Both the position numbers and the translations under genes were made by a program. From Squalus acanthias (Eukaryota): a stretch of 64,000 nt of DNA. Below are positions 12,450-24,436 of this stretch, piece by piece; position 1 is the stretch's first letter, and the number at the start of each line of letters is the position of its first letter. The stretch is taken from positions 54,004,001 through 54,068,000 of the forward strand of contig CM059438.1 of NCBI GenBank assembly GCA_030390025.1, in the 5' to 3' direction. Below the pieces are notes generated by a model, which saw nothing but the letters and a program-made list of their open reading frames with translations, ran no database searches and was not told where the DNA came from.

Positions 12450-14910
12450 CAAGTAGCAGAATGGATAACAAGCTGGCTGCAAAATAGAAGAGAGATAGGG
12501 TTAAAGGTGGTTACTCAGATTGGCGGAAAGTGGTATTCCACAAGGATCGGTGCTGGGACCACTGTTGTTCACTAATTACATAAACGATTTGGACTCCGGA
12601 ATCGGAAGTACAATTTCAAACTTTCCAGATGACACCAAATTGCAGGGTGTAGTTAATACTGAGGAGGACTGCAACAAAATACAAGAAGACATTAATAAAG
12701 GTCGGTGACCTTTCATCAGAACTGGAAAAAGTTAGAGATATAACAGGTTTTAAGCAAGTGCAGAGGCAGGGAAAGAGGAGATAAAGAATGAAAGGGAAGG
12801 TCTGTGATCAGGTGGAAGGCAGGAGAGATTAAATGACAAAAGGGATGATGGTGTGAGGCAAAAGGAGATGGTAATGGGACAAGTAAAGAAACGAAAGATG
12901 GGTCTAGAGGAGGTGTTAATGGCAACAGCAGAGCTATTATCAGCACCTGCTGTCCGAAAAAATGGGAGCAGTGGTTATGATCTGAAATTGTTGAACTCAA
13001 TGTTGACTCTGGAAGGCTGTAAAATGCCTAACAGAAAGCTGAGGTGCTGTTCTTTGAGTTTCCGTTGATCTTCATTAGAACAGTGTAAGAGGCCGAGGAC
13101 AGAGGTCAGCGTGGGAGTGGGGTGGAGAATTAAAATGGCAAGCTCAGGGTCACGCTTGTGGACTGAATGGAGGTGTTCCGCAAAGCGATCACCCAATCTG
13201 CGTTTGGTCTCCCCAATGTAGAGGAGACCGCATCGTGAGCAGCGAATACAGTATACTAAATTGTGAGAAGTACAAGTAAACTTGTCACAGTGGTGGTGCT
13301 TTAGTGCCTCCACTGGTGGGAGAGTGTAATTACAGCATGACAAGTTTATCTCAGCAGTTTCTATTGAAAATAGGGGCATAGGAATTTATTGTGGATACAG
13401 TTGACAGGAAATGTAAGATTTTTAATATATTATAAGTAGAATCATATAATAAACTTTTATTACATTTTTATAAAGCAACAGATGGAAAGTACTGAGGGCT
13501 TCCGCTGAAGGGGACGGTTGTTAGCTGGAAGGTGCAGCAGGGTAGAAAAGCAGCAAGCCTGTGCCAGCTCTCTGCAAGTGCACTTCAGCTAGTCCCACGC
13601 CCCCGCTCTTTCCCCGTAGCCCTGCAAATTTTTTTCCTTCAGGTACTTAGCTAATTCCCTTTTGAAAGCCACAATTGAATCTGCCTCCACCACCCTTTCA
13701 GGCAGTGAATTCCAGATCCTAACCACTCGCTGCGTAAAATGGTTTTCCTCATGTTGCCTTTGGTTCTTCTGCCAATCACCTTAAATCTGTGTCCTCTGGT
13801 TCTCGACCCTTCTGTCAATGGGAAAATGTTTCTCTCTATCTACTCTGCCCAGACCCATCATGATTTTGAACACCTCCATCAAATCTCCTCTCAATCTTCT
13901 CTGCTCTAAGGAAAACAATCCCAGTTTCTCCTATCTATCCACATAACTGAAGTCCCTCATCCCTGGAACCATTCTCATAAATATTTTCTGCATCCTCTCG
14001 AAGGCCTTCACATTCTTCCTAAAGTGCGGTGCCCAGAATTGGACACAATATTCCAGTTGAGGCCAAGCCAGTGTTTTATAAAGGTTCATCATAATTTCTT
14101 TGCTTTTGTACTCTATGCCTATGGAAGAAGATAAGTATTATATAAATATTTATACTGTTACAAAGCATTCATATTATGCACTGCCTGAAAAGGTGGTGGA
14201 AGCAGTTTCAATAGTAACTTTCAGAAGGGAAAAACAATTGCAAGGCTATGGGGAAAGAACAGGGGAGTGGGACTAATTGGATAGCTCTTTCAAAGAGCCG
14301 GCACAGGCACAGTGGGCCGAATGGCCACCTTCTGTACTGTATGATTCTGTAACTGGCAGAATGGACGTGTAATTGCAAATGAATTTCAACATAGATAAGT
14401 GTGAGTTTGTGCATTTTGGTAGGAAGAATAAGGAGGCCACCTACTCCTTGGAAAATAAGTTTAAATGGGTTAGAGGCACAAAGGGATTGGGGGTACAGAT
14501 AGACAAGACACTAAAAGTAGCAACACAGATTAGTAAGGCCATAAAATGGCAAACAAATCTCTGGGCTTCATTTCTAGAGGAATAGAATTGAAAAGCAGTG
14601 AAGTTAGTTAAACTTGTATAGAGCCTTAGTTAGACCACACAGAGTATTGTGGACAGTTCTGGTCTCCATATTATAAAAAGAATATAGAGGCACAGGAGAA
14701 AGTACAAAAAAGATGGTCAAGGTGATACCAGAACTGAGAGGGTATATTTATCAGAAAAGATTGAACCAGATGGGGGTTTCTTTCTCTAGAAAAGAGAAGG
14801 CTGAGAGGTAACCTGATAGATGTCTTTAAGATTATAATGGAGTTTAATAGGGTAGTTGTAGAGAAGTTGTTTCCACTTGTGGGGAAATCCAAAACTAGGG
14901 CCCATAAATC
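12450..14910 (+). mobile_element. CR1 RT fragment (12450-12698, resuming about 14350-14910) with a nested Penelope fragment and CR1 3' ends (13560-14120 minus, 14180-14350 plus)
   Basis: [10 protein letters not shown]...DDTK...IQEDINK continues as QMNFNIDKC after the inserts. Confidence 0.75.
12699..13281 (-). mobile_element. Penelope-like fragment: GIY-YIG endonuclease and 3' region
   Basis: FTCTSHNLVYCIRCSRCGLLYIGETKRRLGDRFAEH; ends in CTGATGAAAGGTCACCGACCT, a partial hammerhead core. Confidence 0.85.
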
Positions 14911-14977
14911 CACCAGTCCTTCTTAAATATGGGAGCCATGCCGGTAGACTGGAGGATTGCAAATACTGCACCCTGTT

Positions 14978-15506
14978 GGACATCCTGGAGAGTTAAGGGT
15001 TAATAATCAAACTTCTTTGTATCTTGGAGCAACAAGCTTTCCAAGATAAACAGAATGGCTTGGAAGTGCCATGAGAAGAAAGCATAGCTTATCTTCAGCT
15101 TTTGATGTCTGTATTATCTACAAAAAATGCTTGTGCAAGGGAGTAAGTGACTGTTAATAAAACTCCTCCAAATAATCCTTCGGTTTGGCCAGGAAGTCTT
15201 GTTTGAGGAAAGTATCTTTGAGGTAAACAATTATAGCTGTATATGTAAACAGACTGTTTTCAAAGGATTCAGGAACAGTTACATCATGCGGTCTTATCAG
15301 TGAAATGTACCTTTGTAGGCAAACTAAAGTGTATAAAGGAGCATGGTTTTCAATGGTTATTTGGAGGGCTCGAAAGATACAGAAATCAGAAAGCTACTCT
15401 GTGTACTGTATAGATTGATCACCTGTGCTGTATATGAATAAAGTCTGTTCTGTTTTCTCCACCATCAAGTGGCTTATGCTGACTCAAAACGTGTCATTGT
15501 CCCTGT
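14978..15506 (+). mobile_element. Unclassified ~530-bp insertion, possibly a solo LTR, inside a CR1 fragment
   Basis: Interrupts CR1 WRIAN..TPLF..KGE between direct repeats ccctgtt (14971-14977 and 15507-15513). TATA-like gtataaa near 15331 and AATAAA at 15438. Confidence 0.4.
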
Positions 15507-15734
15507 CCCTGTTCATAAAAGGGGAGAGGGATAAACCCAGTAAGTACAGGCCAGTCAGCCTGATGTCAGTGGTGGGAACACTTTTAGAGACAAGATTAAT
15601 TGTCACTTGGAGAAAATAAATGATAGCCAGCACGGATTTGTTAAAGGCAAATTGTGTTTAACGAACCTGATTTGAGTTCTTTGATGGAATAGCAGAGAGG
15701 ATTGATGAAGGTAGTATGGTAATGTTGTGTATTG

Positions 15735-16515
15735 TCTTTGTGCCACTGTCTGTGGACCCCGCCACAAACGCCATTCCCTAGCCAACTGCATCCCTCTCCC
15801 TGGCCACTGTCTGAGGCTGAACCAGATCATTCGCAACCTTGCTGTTGTATTTGACCAAGATGAGCTTCTGACCCCGTATGCTCTCCATCACCAAAACTGC
15901 TTACTTCCACCTCCGTAACATCACCCATCTCTGCCCCGTTTCAGCTCATCTGCTGCTGAAACCCTCACCTATGCCTTTGTTTCCTCTAGACTTGACTATT
16001 TCAACGCACTCCTGGCTGGCTTGAGCTCATCCAAAACTCTGCTGCCCGTGTCCTAACTCACACCAAGTTCCGTTCACCCTGTGCTCGCTGACCTACATTG
16101 GATCCAAGTCTGGCAACACCTCAAATTTAAAATTCTCATCCTGGTTTTCAATTCCCTCCAAGGCCTTGCCACTCCCCATCTCTCTTAACTTCCTCCAGCC
16201 CTACAACCCTCTGAGATCTCTGCGCTCCTCCAATTCTGGCCTCTTGCACATCCCCGATTTTCACTGCTCCATCATTGGTGGCTGTGCCTTCAGCTGCCGA
16301 GGCCCGAAGCTCTGGAATTCCCTCCCTAAACCTCTCCGCCTCCCTCTCCTCCATTAAGACACTGCTTAAACCTACCTCTTTGACCAAGCTTTTGATCATC
16401 TGCCCTAATATCACTTTTTGTGAGTCGGTGTCAAATTTTGTTTGATAGCGCTCCTGTGAAGCGCCTTGGGACATTTTATTAGGTTGAAGGCGCTATATAA
16501 ATGCAAGTTGTTGTT
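15735..16515 (+). mobile_element. L2 LINE 3' fragment
   Basis: VRNL-like, SRLDY, LADLHW and GGCAFS motifs; ends gcgctatataaatgcaagttgttg. Confidence 0.85.
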
Positions 16516-17060
16516 ATATATGGACTTACTGTGTACAGTTTTGGTCTCCTTACCTAAGGAAGGATATACTTGCCTTAGAGGGAGTGCAACAAAGGTTCAC
16601 TAGACAAATTCCTGGGATGAGGGGATTGTCCTATGAGGAGATTGAGTAGACTAGGTTTATATTCCTTAGAGTTCAGAAGAATGAGAGGTGATCGCATTAA
16701 AACATAAAATTCTTAAGGGGCTTGACAGGGTAGATGCAGGGAGGATGTTTCCCCTGGCTGGGGAGTCTTGAACCAGGGGTCACAGTCTCAGAATAAGGGG
16801 TCGGCCGTTTAGGACTGAGATGAGGAGAAATTTCTTCACTCAAAGGGTTGTGAATCTTTGGAATTCTCTACCCCAGAGGGCTGTGGATGCGCAGTCATTG
16901 AGTATATTCAAGACAGAGATCGATAGATTTTTGGGTACTAAGGGAATCAAGGGTTATGGGGATGGTGCAGGAAAGTGGTGTTGAGGTAGAAGATCAGCCA
17001 TGATCTTATTGAATGGCGGAGCAGGCTCGAAGGGCCAAATGGCCTACTCCAGCTCCTATT
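16516..17060 (+). mobile_element. CR1 3' fragment
   Basis: YCVQFWSPYLRKDI, RGHSLRIRG, FFTQRVVNLWNSLP and a CR1 3' UTR. Confidence 0.88.
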
Positions 17061-17292
17061 GAGATCACTGAACAGAAAGAACCTAAATATTAGATATCTA
17101 GATACTAAACCTAGATACTTATCTTAGAATCCTCAGGTTCTACGGCTCCACTCCTTTTAAGCTGAGCGTGAGAAACCGCCTTCCTTCTCTCCACCAAATT
17201 CTTACCATCACCAAATTCTCAGTTCCACTCCGATTGTTATCCACCAAGCTCCGTCTCCCAAGCTCTGTGCCCAGAAAGGCTACCACTTGGAG

Positions 17293-17668
17293 TCAGGGTT
17301 TGGTTTGACATATTCCTGGAGGTTTCATCACACGACCTCCTGGCTACGATCACCCTGCCGCTACGGTCCCACCATTGGTCACGCGACACGGCCATTCTTT
17401 CAGCGCCTCGCCTTCCCACGCCAACTGGAAAGCGATCAGACTCTTCGTTACCAAATTGGGTGATTCTTGCCTGTCAGTCAAACAGCCTTTTCTCCCATCT
17501 CCAACATTTTTGTAACTAATAAACAAGTGTTCAAGGAAAAGGAAAATGAAACAAACAAATCATTTTTAATGCCCCTATGATTTTTCTCCCGGGGTTGCTC
17601 GCAGCAGTGTCCTGGGGATTAACCTTTAATTCCTGGAGACTCCAGGACAATCCCGCAGGGTTGAGGCA
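17293..17668. mobile_element. Probable non-autonomous DNA transposon (hAT-like MITE), ends degraded
   Basis: Left cagggtt..tcctggagg, right tcctggagactccaggacaatcccgcagggttg; resembles AGGGTTGCCA-terminated MITEs. No TSD resolved. Confidence 0.45.
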
Positions 17669-18724
17669 AATAGCAGATGCATTTTAGTGGAAGCTAGATA
17701 AACACGAGGGAGAAAGGAACAGAAGGATATGCTGATTGGACGAGATGAGGTAAGTAAACACCGGCATAGACCAGTTGGGCCGAATGGCCTGTTTCTGTGC
17801 TGTGCATTCTATGTGACAAGTCCCTGTCGATATTGACCCTCCACACAAGCAGACCGATGGAGATCTGGGGGTGGCAGCATGTGTGGCCCTGCACTCAAGG
17901 ACAGATCCCTGCGGTAGACTGGGGAGCCATTTGGGCAGAGGAATAGTAGCCAGTGGAGATCATGATTTCCGCACAACACACTGAAGGTTTGGTACAAGCA
18001 GAACAGAATTATAAAATGCAATGATTTTCCATTTGATGACACCATGACATTCTGAAGAAATTTACATCAAAATCCAAATCCCTGGAAGTTTACTGTCACC
18101 ATCCAGAGGAGAAGGAATTGGCCAGAACAATTACTCACTGCACAGTCAATTTCAAGGACATATCCACAAATATTCAAAGATTTACTGCAGCAACCATTGC
18201 TGGAGATTACCATCATTACAGCATTTAAAAGTGAACATTCACCAAATATTTGATCGAGGCTGTGACAGAAAGCTCATATCAAGAAGCTGTGTTTGTACAC
18301 ATGATTAAATAAGACTGAATGGATTGATAATAAAATATTCAGACAAAGTAACAGAAAACCATTTGTGGCCACTGTTGGGCTAATTTGTTTGCCCGTGTTA
18401 AACTCATCTTTCTCCCCTCACAGCGGGTACAGGGGCTGCTTACACCTCAGGACAGGGGCTGAATTTGATACCTAGCCAAGTGAAATAAGTGGGCGGGGGT
18501 GGGGGTTGGGGCGGAAGACAGCAATCATTTCCAGATACCTTGAAACACAAAACACACTCATGCTGACTTTCAACCCTAATCACGATCAATTACTCCATTA
18601 AATAAATAATGGTTTAGTGTCCACATCTGATCCGAGCAGTCACCACGGGGAAATATCCTCATGATTAACAGTCACAGAATTCTGACGATGAATTCAATAG
18701 TCCAGGTAAGATCCTGCAATGTCT

Positions 18725-18881
18725 TCAGTTGAGATGAAGAACTTGTCTCATGAGCTCGTAGGTGGTGAATGCCACGGCCTGGGAGGGGATACAGCGGATG
18801 TAATTGAGAGTGAGCCCCCGGTACAGGCCCTTCTGTATCCCGTGCGTCTCGTAGACATATTTCAGAGTCTTACACATCGTT
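18725..18881 (-). CDS. SLC25A16: SLC25A16 last coding exon (exon 9), 157 bp to TGA; 3' UTR continues leftward
   Basis: TMCKTLKYVYETHGIQKGLYRGLTLNYIRCIPSQAVAFTTYELMRQVLHLN*. Acceptor is a polypyrimidine tract plus cattag. The poly(A) site could not be placed. Confidence 0.97.
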
Positions 18882-19079
18882 CTAATGGGAGGAAAAAAAG
18901 ATTAACAAGGAAAGTACTCCCTGTGTAAACACATCAGTGTCACAAACAACGTAATGTTTTCTCTCTGAATTAACCAGGTGATTATGACCATTGAGAAACC
19001 TTTGTATAGATTAATGTTAGTTAACAATTTTAATCTAATACATGCAATCCCCAGAGAGAGAGAGACTAACCCCCGGGTC

Positions 19080-20061
19080 ACTGGACAGTGGACAAGTGGC
19101 TCTGGTCACTGGACAGTGGACAAGTGGCTCTGGTCAATGGGCAGTGGGCAAGTGGCTCTGGTCAATGGGCAGTGGGCAAGTGGCTCTGGTCAATGGGCAG
19201 TGGACAAGTGGCTCTGGTCAATGGGCAGTGGACAAGTGGCTCTGGTCAATGGGCAGTGGACAAGTGGCTCTGGTCAATGGGCAGTGGACAAGTGGCTCTG
19301 GTCAATGGGCAGTGGACAAGTGGCTCTAATGGGCAGTGGACAAGTGGCTCTGGTCAATGGGCAGTGGACAAGTGGCTCTGGTCAATGGGCAGTGGACAAG
19401 TGGCTCTGGTCAATGGGCAGTGGACAATGGGCTCTGGTCAATGGGCAGTGGACAAGTGGCTCTGGTCAATGGGTAGTGGACAAGTGGCTCTGGTCAATGG
19501 GCAGTGGACAATGGGCTCTGGTCAATGGGCAGTGGACAATGGGCTCTGGTCAATGGGCAGTGGACAAGTGGCTCTGGTCAATGGGTAGTGGACAATGGGC
19601 TCTGGTCAATGGGCAGTGGACAATGGGCTCTGGTCAATGGGCAGTGGACAAGTGGCTCTGGTCAATGGGTAGTGGACAAGTGGCTCTGGTCAATGGGCAG
19701 TGGACAAGTGGCTCTGGTCAATGGGCAGTGGTCAAGGGGCAGTGGACAATGGGCTCTGGTCAAGGGGCAGTGGACAATGGGCTCTGGTCAAGGGGCAGAG
19801 GACAGTGGGCAAGTGGCTCTGGTCAATGGGCAGTGGACAATGGGCTCTGGTCAATGGGCAGTGGACAAGTGGCTCTGGTCAATGGGCAGTGGACAAGTGG
19901 CTCTGGTCAATGGGCAGTGGACAAGTGGCTCTGGTCAATGGGCAGTGGTCAAGGGGCAGTGGACAATGGGCTCTGGTCAAGGGGCAGTGGACAATGGGCT
20001 CTGGTCAAGGGGCAGAGGACAGTGGGCAAGTGGCTCTGGTCAATGGGCAGTGGACAATGGG
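19080..20061. repeat. 28-bp minisatellite (gtggacaagtggctctggtcaatgggca)n, about 35 units, in SLC25A16 intron 8
   Basis: Direct 28-bp periodicity; accounts for the low-complexity ORFs in three frames. Confidence 0.97.
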
Positions 20062-20560
20062 CAGGATGGCATCTGAGTAACAGGGCCTAGGTCTGAATCT
20101 CACCTAATTCTGATCATTTCATCTTGTGAAATAGAGGCGATCAGACAAAGGAGGTCAGCTAAATAGATGAATCTGATGGATTTATTTAAATAGCTCTCAC
20201 CCCCAAATTCTTGTGCTGGCCTCTATAAATATGCTGACACCGTGAGCATTGGAGCCCCGGCCTGGCCAATGAGGCTGCATTCTCAGATTTTGATTGAATA
20301 TTCCTTTTTGCTTTTGGTGATCCTTTCTAGCATTTTTTTTAAAAATTCTGATTCCTCTCTCTTGCATTTGGACCTAAAAATTGCACACTCATTGTGTAGT
20401 AAATGCTCAGCTGTTAGCTTGTAGTGCTCAGTTAGGAAGTATTTCGGTCATTGATTTGAGTGTGTTTGCAGTATGTGAAGATTGGGGACCGGTACTCCTC
20501 GTCACGCCACATTCCCGTCGTTACGTGAAACCCCTTTGTACATCTACACATTGTACTTAC

Positions 20561-20629
20561 ACACATTTATCAGCATCAGTCAGAATGGAGCCTAACTGCA
20601 TTCGCCTCCGAGCCACATCCAGTGGGTAT
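20561..20629 (-). CDS. SLC25A16: SLC25A16 exon 8, 69 bp
   Basis: YPLDVARRRMQLGSILTDADKCV, the third carrier signature. Acceptor ttgtag, donor gtaagt. Confidence 0.97.
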
Positions 20630-20682
20630 CTACAACGCAAACAGAAATTCAACACACTCCCTGCAAATATGTTACAGCAGCA

Positions 20683-21665
20683 AATATTTATTAACGACTT
20701 AGATGATGGCATAGAAAGTCACATATCCAAATTTGCCAATGACACACAGATAATCGGGATTGTAAGCAGTGCAGATGAAAGCATAAAATTACAAAGGGAT
20801 ATTGACAGATTAAGTGAATGGGCAAAACTGTGGCAAATGGATTTCAATATAAACAAATGTGATAAACAAATGTGAGGTCACCCACTTTGGACCTAAAATG
20901 GATAGAACAGGGTACTTTCTAAATGGTGAAAAGCTAAAAACAGTGGAGGTCCAAAGAGACTTGGGGGTCCGGGTACACAGATCATTAAATGTCATGAACA
21001 GGTACAGAAAATAATCAAATAGGCTAATGGAATGCTGGCCTTTATATCTAGAGGACTAGAATACAAGGGGGTAGAAGTTATGCTGCAGCTGTACAAAACC
21101 CTGGTTAGACCACACCTGGAGTACTGTGAGCAGTTCTGGGCACCACACCTTAGGAAGGATATATTGGCCTTGGAGGGAGTGCAGCGTAGGTTTACCAGAA
21201 TAATACCCGGACTTCAAGGGTTAAGTTACGAGGAGAGATTACACAAACTAGGGTTGTATTCCCTAGAATTTAGACGGTTAAGGGGTGATCTGATCAAAGT
21301 TTTCAGGATATTAAGGGGAACAGATAGGGTAGATAGAGAGAAACTACTTCCGCTGGTTGGGGAGTCTAGGACTAGGGGGCATGGTCTAAAAATTAGAGCC
21401 AGACCTTTCAGAAGTGAAATTGGGCAACACTTCTACACACAAAGGGTGGTAGAAGTTTGGAACTCTCTTCTGCAAATGGCAATTGCTGCTAGATCAATTG
21501 TTAATTTTAAGTCTGAGATTGATAGCTTTTTGTTAACCAAAGGTATTAAGGGATATGGGCCAAAGGCGGGTATATGGAGTTAGGTCACAGATCAGCCATG
21601 ATCTCATTGAATGGTGGAAGATGCTTGATGGGCTGAATGGCCTCCTCCTGTTCCTATGTTCCTAC
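20683..21665 (+). mobile_element. CR1 3' fragment in intron 7
   Basis: INDLDDGIESHISKFANDT...LVRPHLEYC...WNSL and 3' UTR ending ttcctatgttccta. Confidence 0.92.
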
Positions 21666-21717
21666 TTGTACACCATCAGTTTTCCCCATTTTGTGTGAAT
21701 TTTTGCCTGGAGTCCAC

Positions 21718-23130
21718 CTACAGAGAGTAGGGATAATAGGCGTGTACTCCAATTGGCAGGATGTGACTAGCGGTGCTCCCCAAGGACCTGTACTGGGGCT
21801 CTAGCTTTTCACTATATTTATCAATGACTTGGATGAAGGAATAGAGAGCCATACATCCAAGTTTGCTGACGACACTAAGTTAGGTGACACAGTAAATGCT
21901 TTTTTCTTATTCGTTCACGGCATTTATTGCCCATCCCTAATTGCCGTGGAGAAGGTGGTGGTGAGCCGCCTTCTTGAACCGCTGCAGTCCATGCTTCTTT
22001 GTAGCAGTTTAGTACAACTGAGTCGCTTGCTAGGCCATTTCAGACGGCAGTTATGTGTGAACCACATTGCTGTGGGTCTGGAGTCACATATAGGCCAAAC
22101 GGCAGATTTCCTTCCCTAAAGATGGTTTTTTACTGTAGTTTTATGGTCAGCAGCTGCTGTGGTGGGATTTGAACTCACATCTCCAGATCATTAGTCCAGG
22201 CCTCTGGATTACTAAGTCCAGTAACATAACCATTATGCTACTGTATCCCTAATAGTGTAGATGGGAGCAGAATGTTGCAAAGGGACATTGATAGGTTAAG
22301 TAAATGGGTAAAACTGCAGCAGGTGAAGTTTAATGTGGGAAAATGTGAGGTCATCCACTTTGGACCCAAGAAAGATAGATCGGAGTATTTTCTAAATGGT
22401 AAAAAGCTAGGAACTGTGGATGAGCAGAGAGATTTATGGGTCTAAGTACACAAATTACGAAAAGCTAGTGGACAGGTACAAAAAATAATTTAAAAGGCTA
22501 ATGGAATGAAGGCTTTTATCTCAAGAAGACTGGAATACAAAGGGGAGAAAATAATGCTACAGTTGTATAAAGTGCTGGTTAGATCCCATCTGGAGTGCTG
22601 CATTAAGTTCTGGACACCGCACCTCAGGAAGGATATATTGGCCTTGGAGAGGGCTCAGCGCAGATTCACCAGAACGATACCGGGGCTAAAAGGGTTAAAT
22701 TATGAGGACAGATTGCATAGACTAGGTTTGTAATCCCCTGAATATAGAAGATTAAGGGGTGATCTAATGGAGGTGTTTCAGATGATTAAAGGAGTTGAGA
22801 GGATAGATGGAGAGAAACTATTTCCATTAATGGGGGAGTCCAGAACAACAGGGCATAACCTTAAAATTAGAGCTAGGCCGTTCAGGGGTGATGTCAGGAA
22901 ACATTTCTTCACACAAACGTAGAGGAAATCTGGAACTATCTCCCCAAAAAGCTGTTGAGGCTGGGGATCAAATGAAAATTTCAAAACTGAGATTGATGAT
23001 TTTTGTTTGGCGAGGGTATTAAAGGTTACGGAACCAAGGCGGGTAGATGGTGTTAAGATACAGACCAGCCATGATCTCAGTGAATGGCGGAACAGGCTCG
23101 AGGGGCTGAATGGCCTCCTCCTGTTCCTGT
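21718..23130 (+). mobile_element. CR1 3' fragment interrupted by a SINE
   Basis: GAPQG, FADDTKLG, LVRSHLECC and 3' UTR. Confidence 0.88.
21898..22250 (-). mobile_element. tRNA-derived SINE with a LINE-derived tail
   Basis: Minus-strand head agtagcataatggt...gagttcaaatcccacc (A/B boxes). The tail matches the 3' end of the element at 33839-34560. Confidence 0.65.
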
Positions 23131-23158
23131 GTTCCACTGTGTCCCGTCACTGCATCTT

Positions 23159-23364
23159 GTTGCAATCTGATCGGGGGAACCTGCTGCAATCTGATCGGGG
23201 GAACCTGCTGCAATCTGATCGGGGGAACCTGCTGCAATCTGATCGGGGGAACCTGCTGCAATCTGATCGGGGGAACCTGCTGCAATCTGATCGGGGGAAC
23301 CTGCTGCAATCTGATCGGGGGAACCTGCTGCAATCTGATCGGGGGAACCTGCTGCAATCTGATC
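23159..23364. repeat. Perfect 24-bp minisatellite (tgcaatctgatcgggggaacctgc), about 8.5 units
   Basis: Identical tandem units with no spacers. Confidence 0.97.
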
Positions 23365-23562
23365 ACGAGAATTTATTACAAACAGATAACCTGTTTCAAC
23401 TACTTGCAATTTGGATGAAAGTGGGGCTAGTAAAATCTAAAATACAACTCAATTTTTTTTTAACCAATTTTCTACTATGAAAACTTCTACTTTCAGTGAA
23501 GCAGAATTGGCATGGCCCAGCTCCCCTCCCCTCCCCACTGTATTGTGCAGATGAACACTTAC

Positions 23563-23725
23563 GATACTGTTTGAGCAATCGCTCCTGCTATTCCACCACA
23601 CAGCAAGTTCACGTGAGCTTTTAAAACCAATACATTGGGATTGTCAGAGGAAGGTCTTCCGAGCACACCAGGAGCCTGACTGAGGCCAATACTCTTCAAG
23701 GTGCCAAAAGTGAAGAACGAAATTC
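23563..23725 (-). CDS. SLC25A16: SLC25A16 exon 7, 163 bp
   Basis: GISFFTFGTLKSIGLSQAPGVLGRPSSDNPNVLVLKAHVNLLCGGIAGAIAQTVS. Acceptor tttcag, donor gtaagt. Confidence 0.97.
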
Positions 23726-24149
23726 CTGAAATTAATATTTAATAATGCAAAGTAAATGCCTGGAAGAACAAAATCTGCAAATGCTGCATATCCGAAACAA
23801 AAACAGAAAATACTGCAATTACCTACTGGCTTTTTTGATCAACGCGAGATAGGGACAGGAGGGGGGATTGAAGGGGCAGGATTAGGGCCCATAACAGACG
23901 TAAGCACAGAGGGTGCGGGAGAAAACTGCAGTGAGGCAGGTGGCACGAGTTAGCTCTGTGGATGTTTAATCTTCGAGATGAGGTAGTCCAATCCTCACGC
24001 TTGATATTAGAAGTGAAAGTGGGGTGGGCAGTTTTTAAACGCACCATAGCCCTTACATTAGCCTTACTGAAATATATTATTAAATGTCACTGCAGCCAAC
24101 AAACAGGAAGCACAAATGAAAAAAGATCTTCTTCGAGCCTGTAGAATAC

Positions 24150-24216
24150 CTGCATAAGGAGCCATGCCAATGATAGTCGGAGTCAGGCCTCGATAAAACC
24201 CGCGAAATCCTCCTTC
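24150..24216 (-). CDS. SLC25A16: SLC25A16 exon 6, 67 bp
   Basis: EGGFRGFYRGLTPTIIGMAPYA(G). Acceptor tttataag, donor gtattc. Confidence 0.96.
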
Positions 24217-24436
24217 CTTATAAACAAGAGAAAAACACCAAGATTTGGAACATGAATATACTTATGTAATCATCGAATAGCCACACTTTTACAAGAAAAC
24301 AGTGGACTGACTCCATGAACCAAGCAGCTCTCTAAGCAACGGGTTTGAGTCTCAGAACATCTCAGCATTTTACCACCTGCTACAGCAGGGTAGCAGTATC
24401 AGACATGCAGCCTCCGCAGGGAGCAGTGACAACAGC

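Noticed and set aside
13305..13321. CTCF-like motif in the shared 80-bp repeat
   Set aside because: CCACCAGTGG.. matches only the first half of the CCASYAGRKGGC core; spacing is off in both copies.
18978..20090. 370-aa W/G/S-rich ORF
   Set aside because: Translation of the 28-bp minisatellite.
23159..23364. Identical 24-bp repeats resembling a CRISPR array
   Set aside because: No spacers, head-to-tail tandem units, eukaryotic intron, no cas genes.
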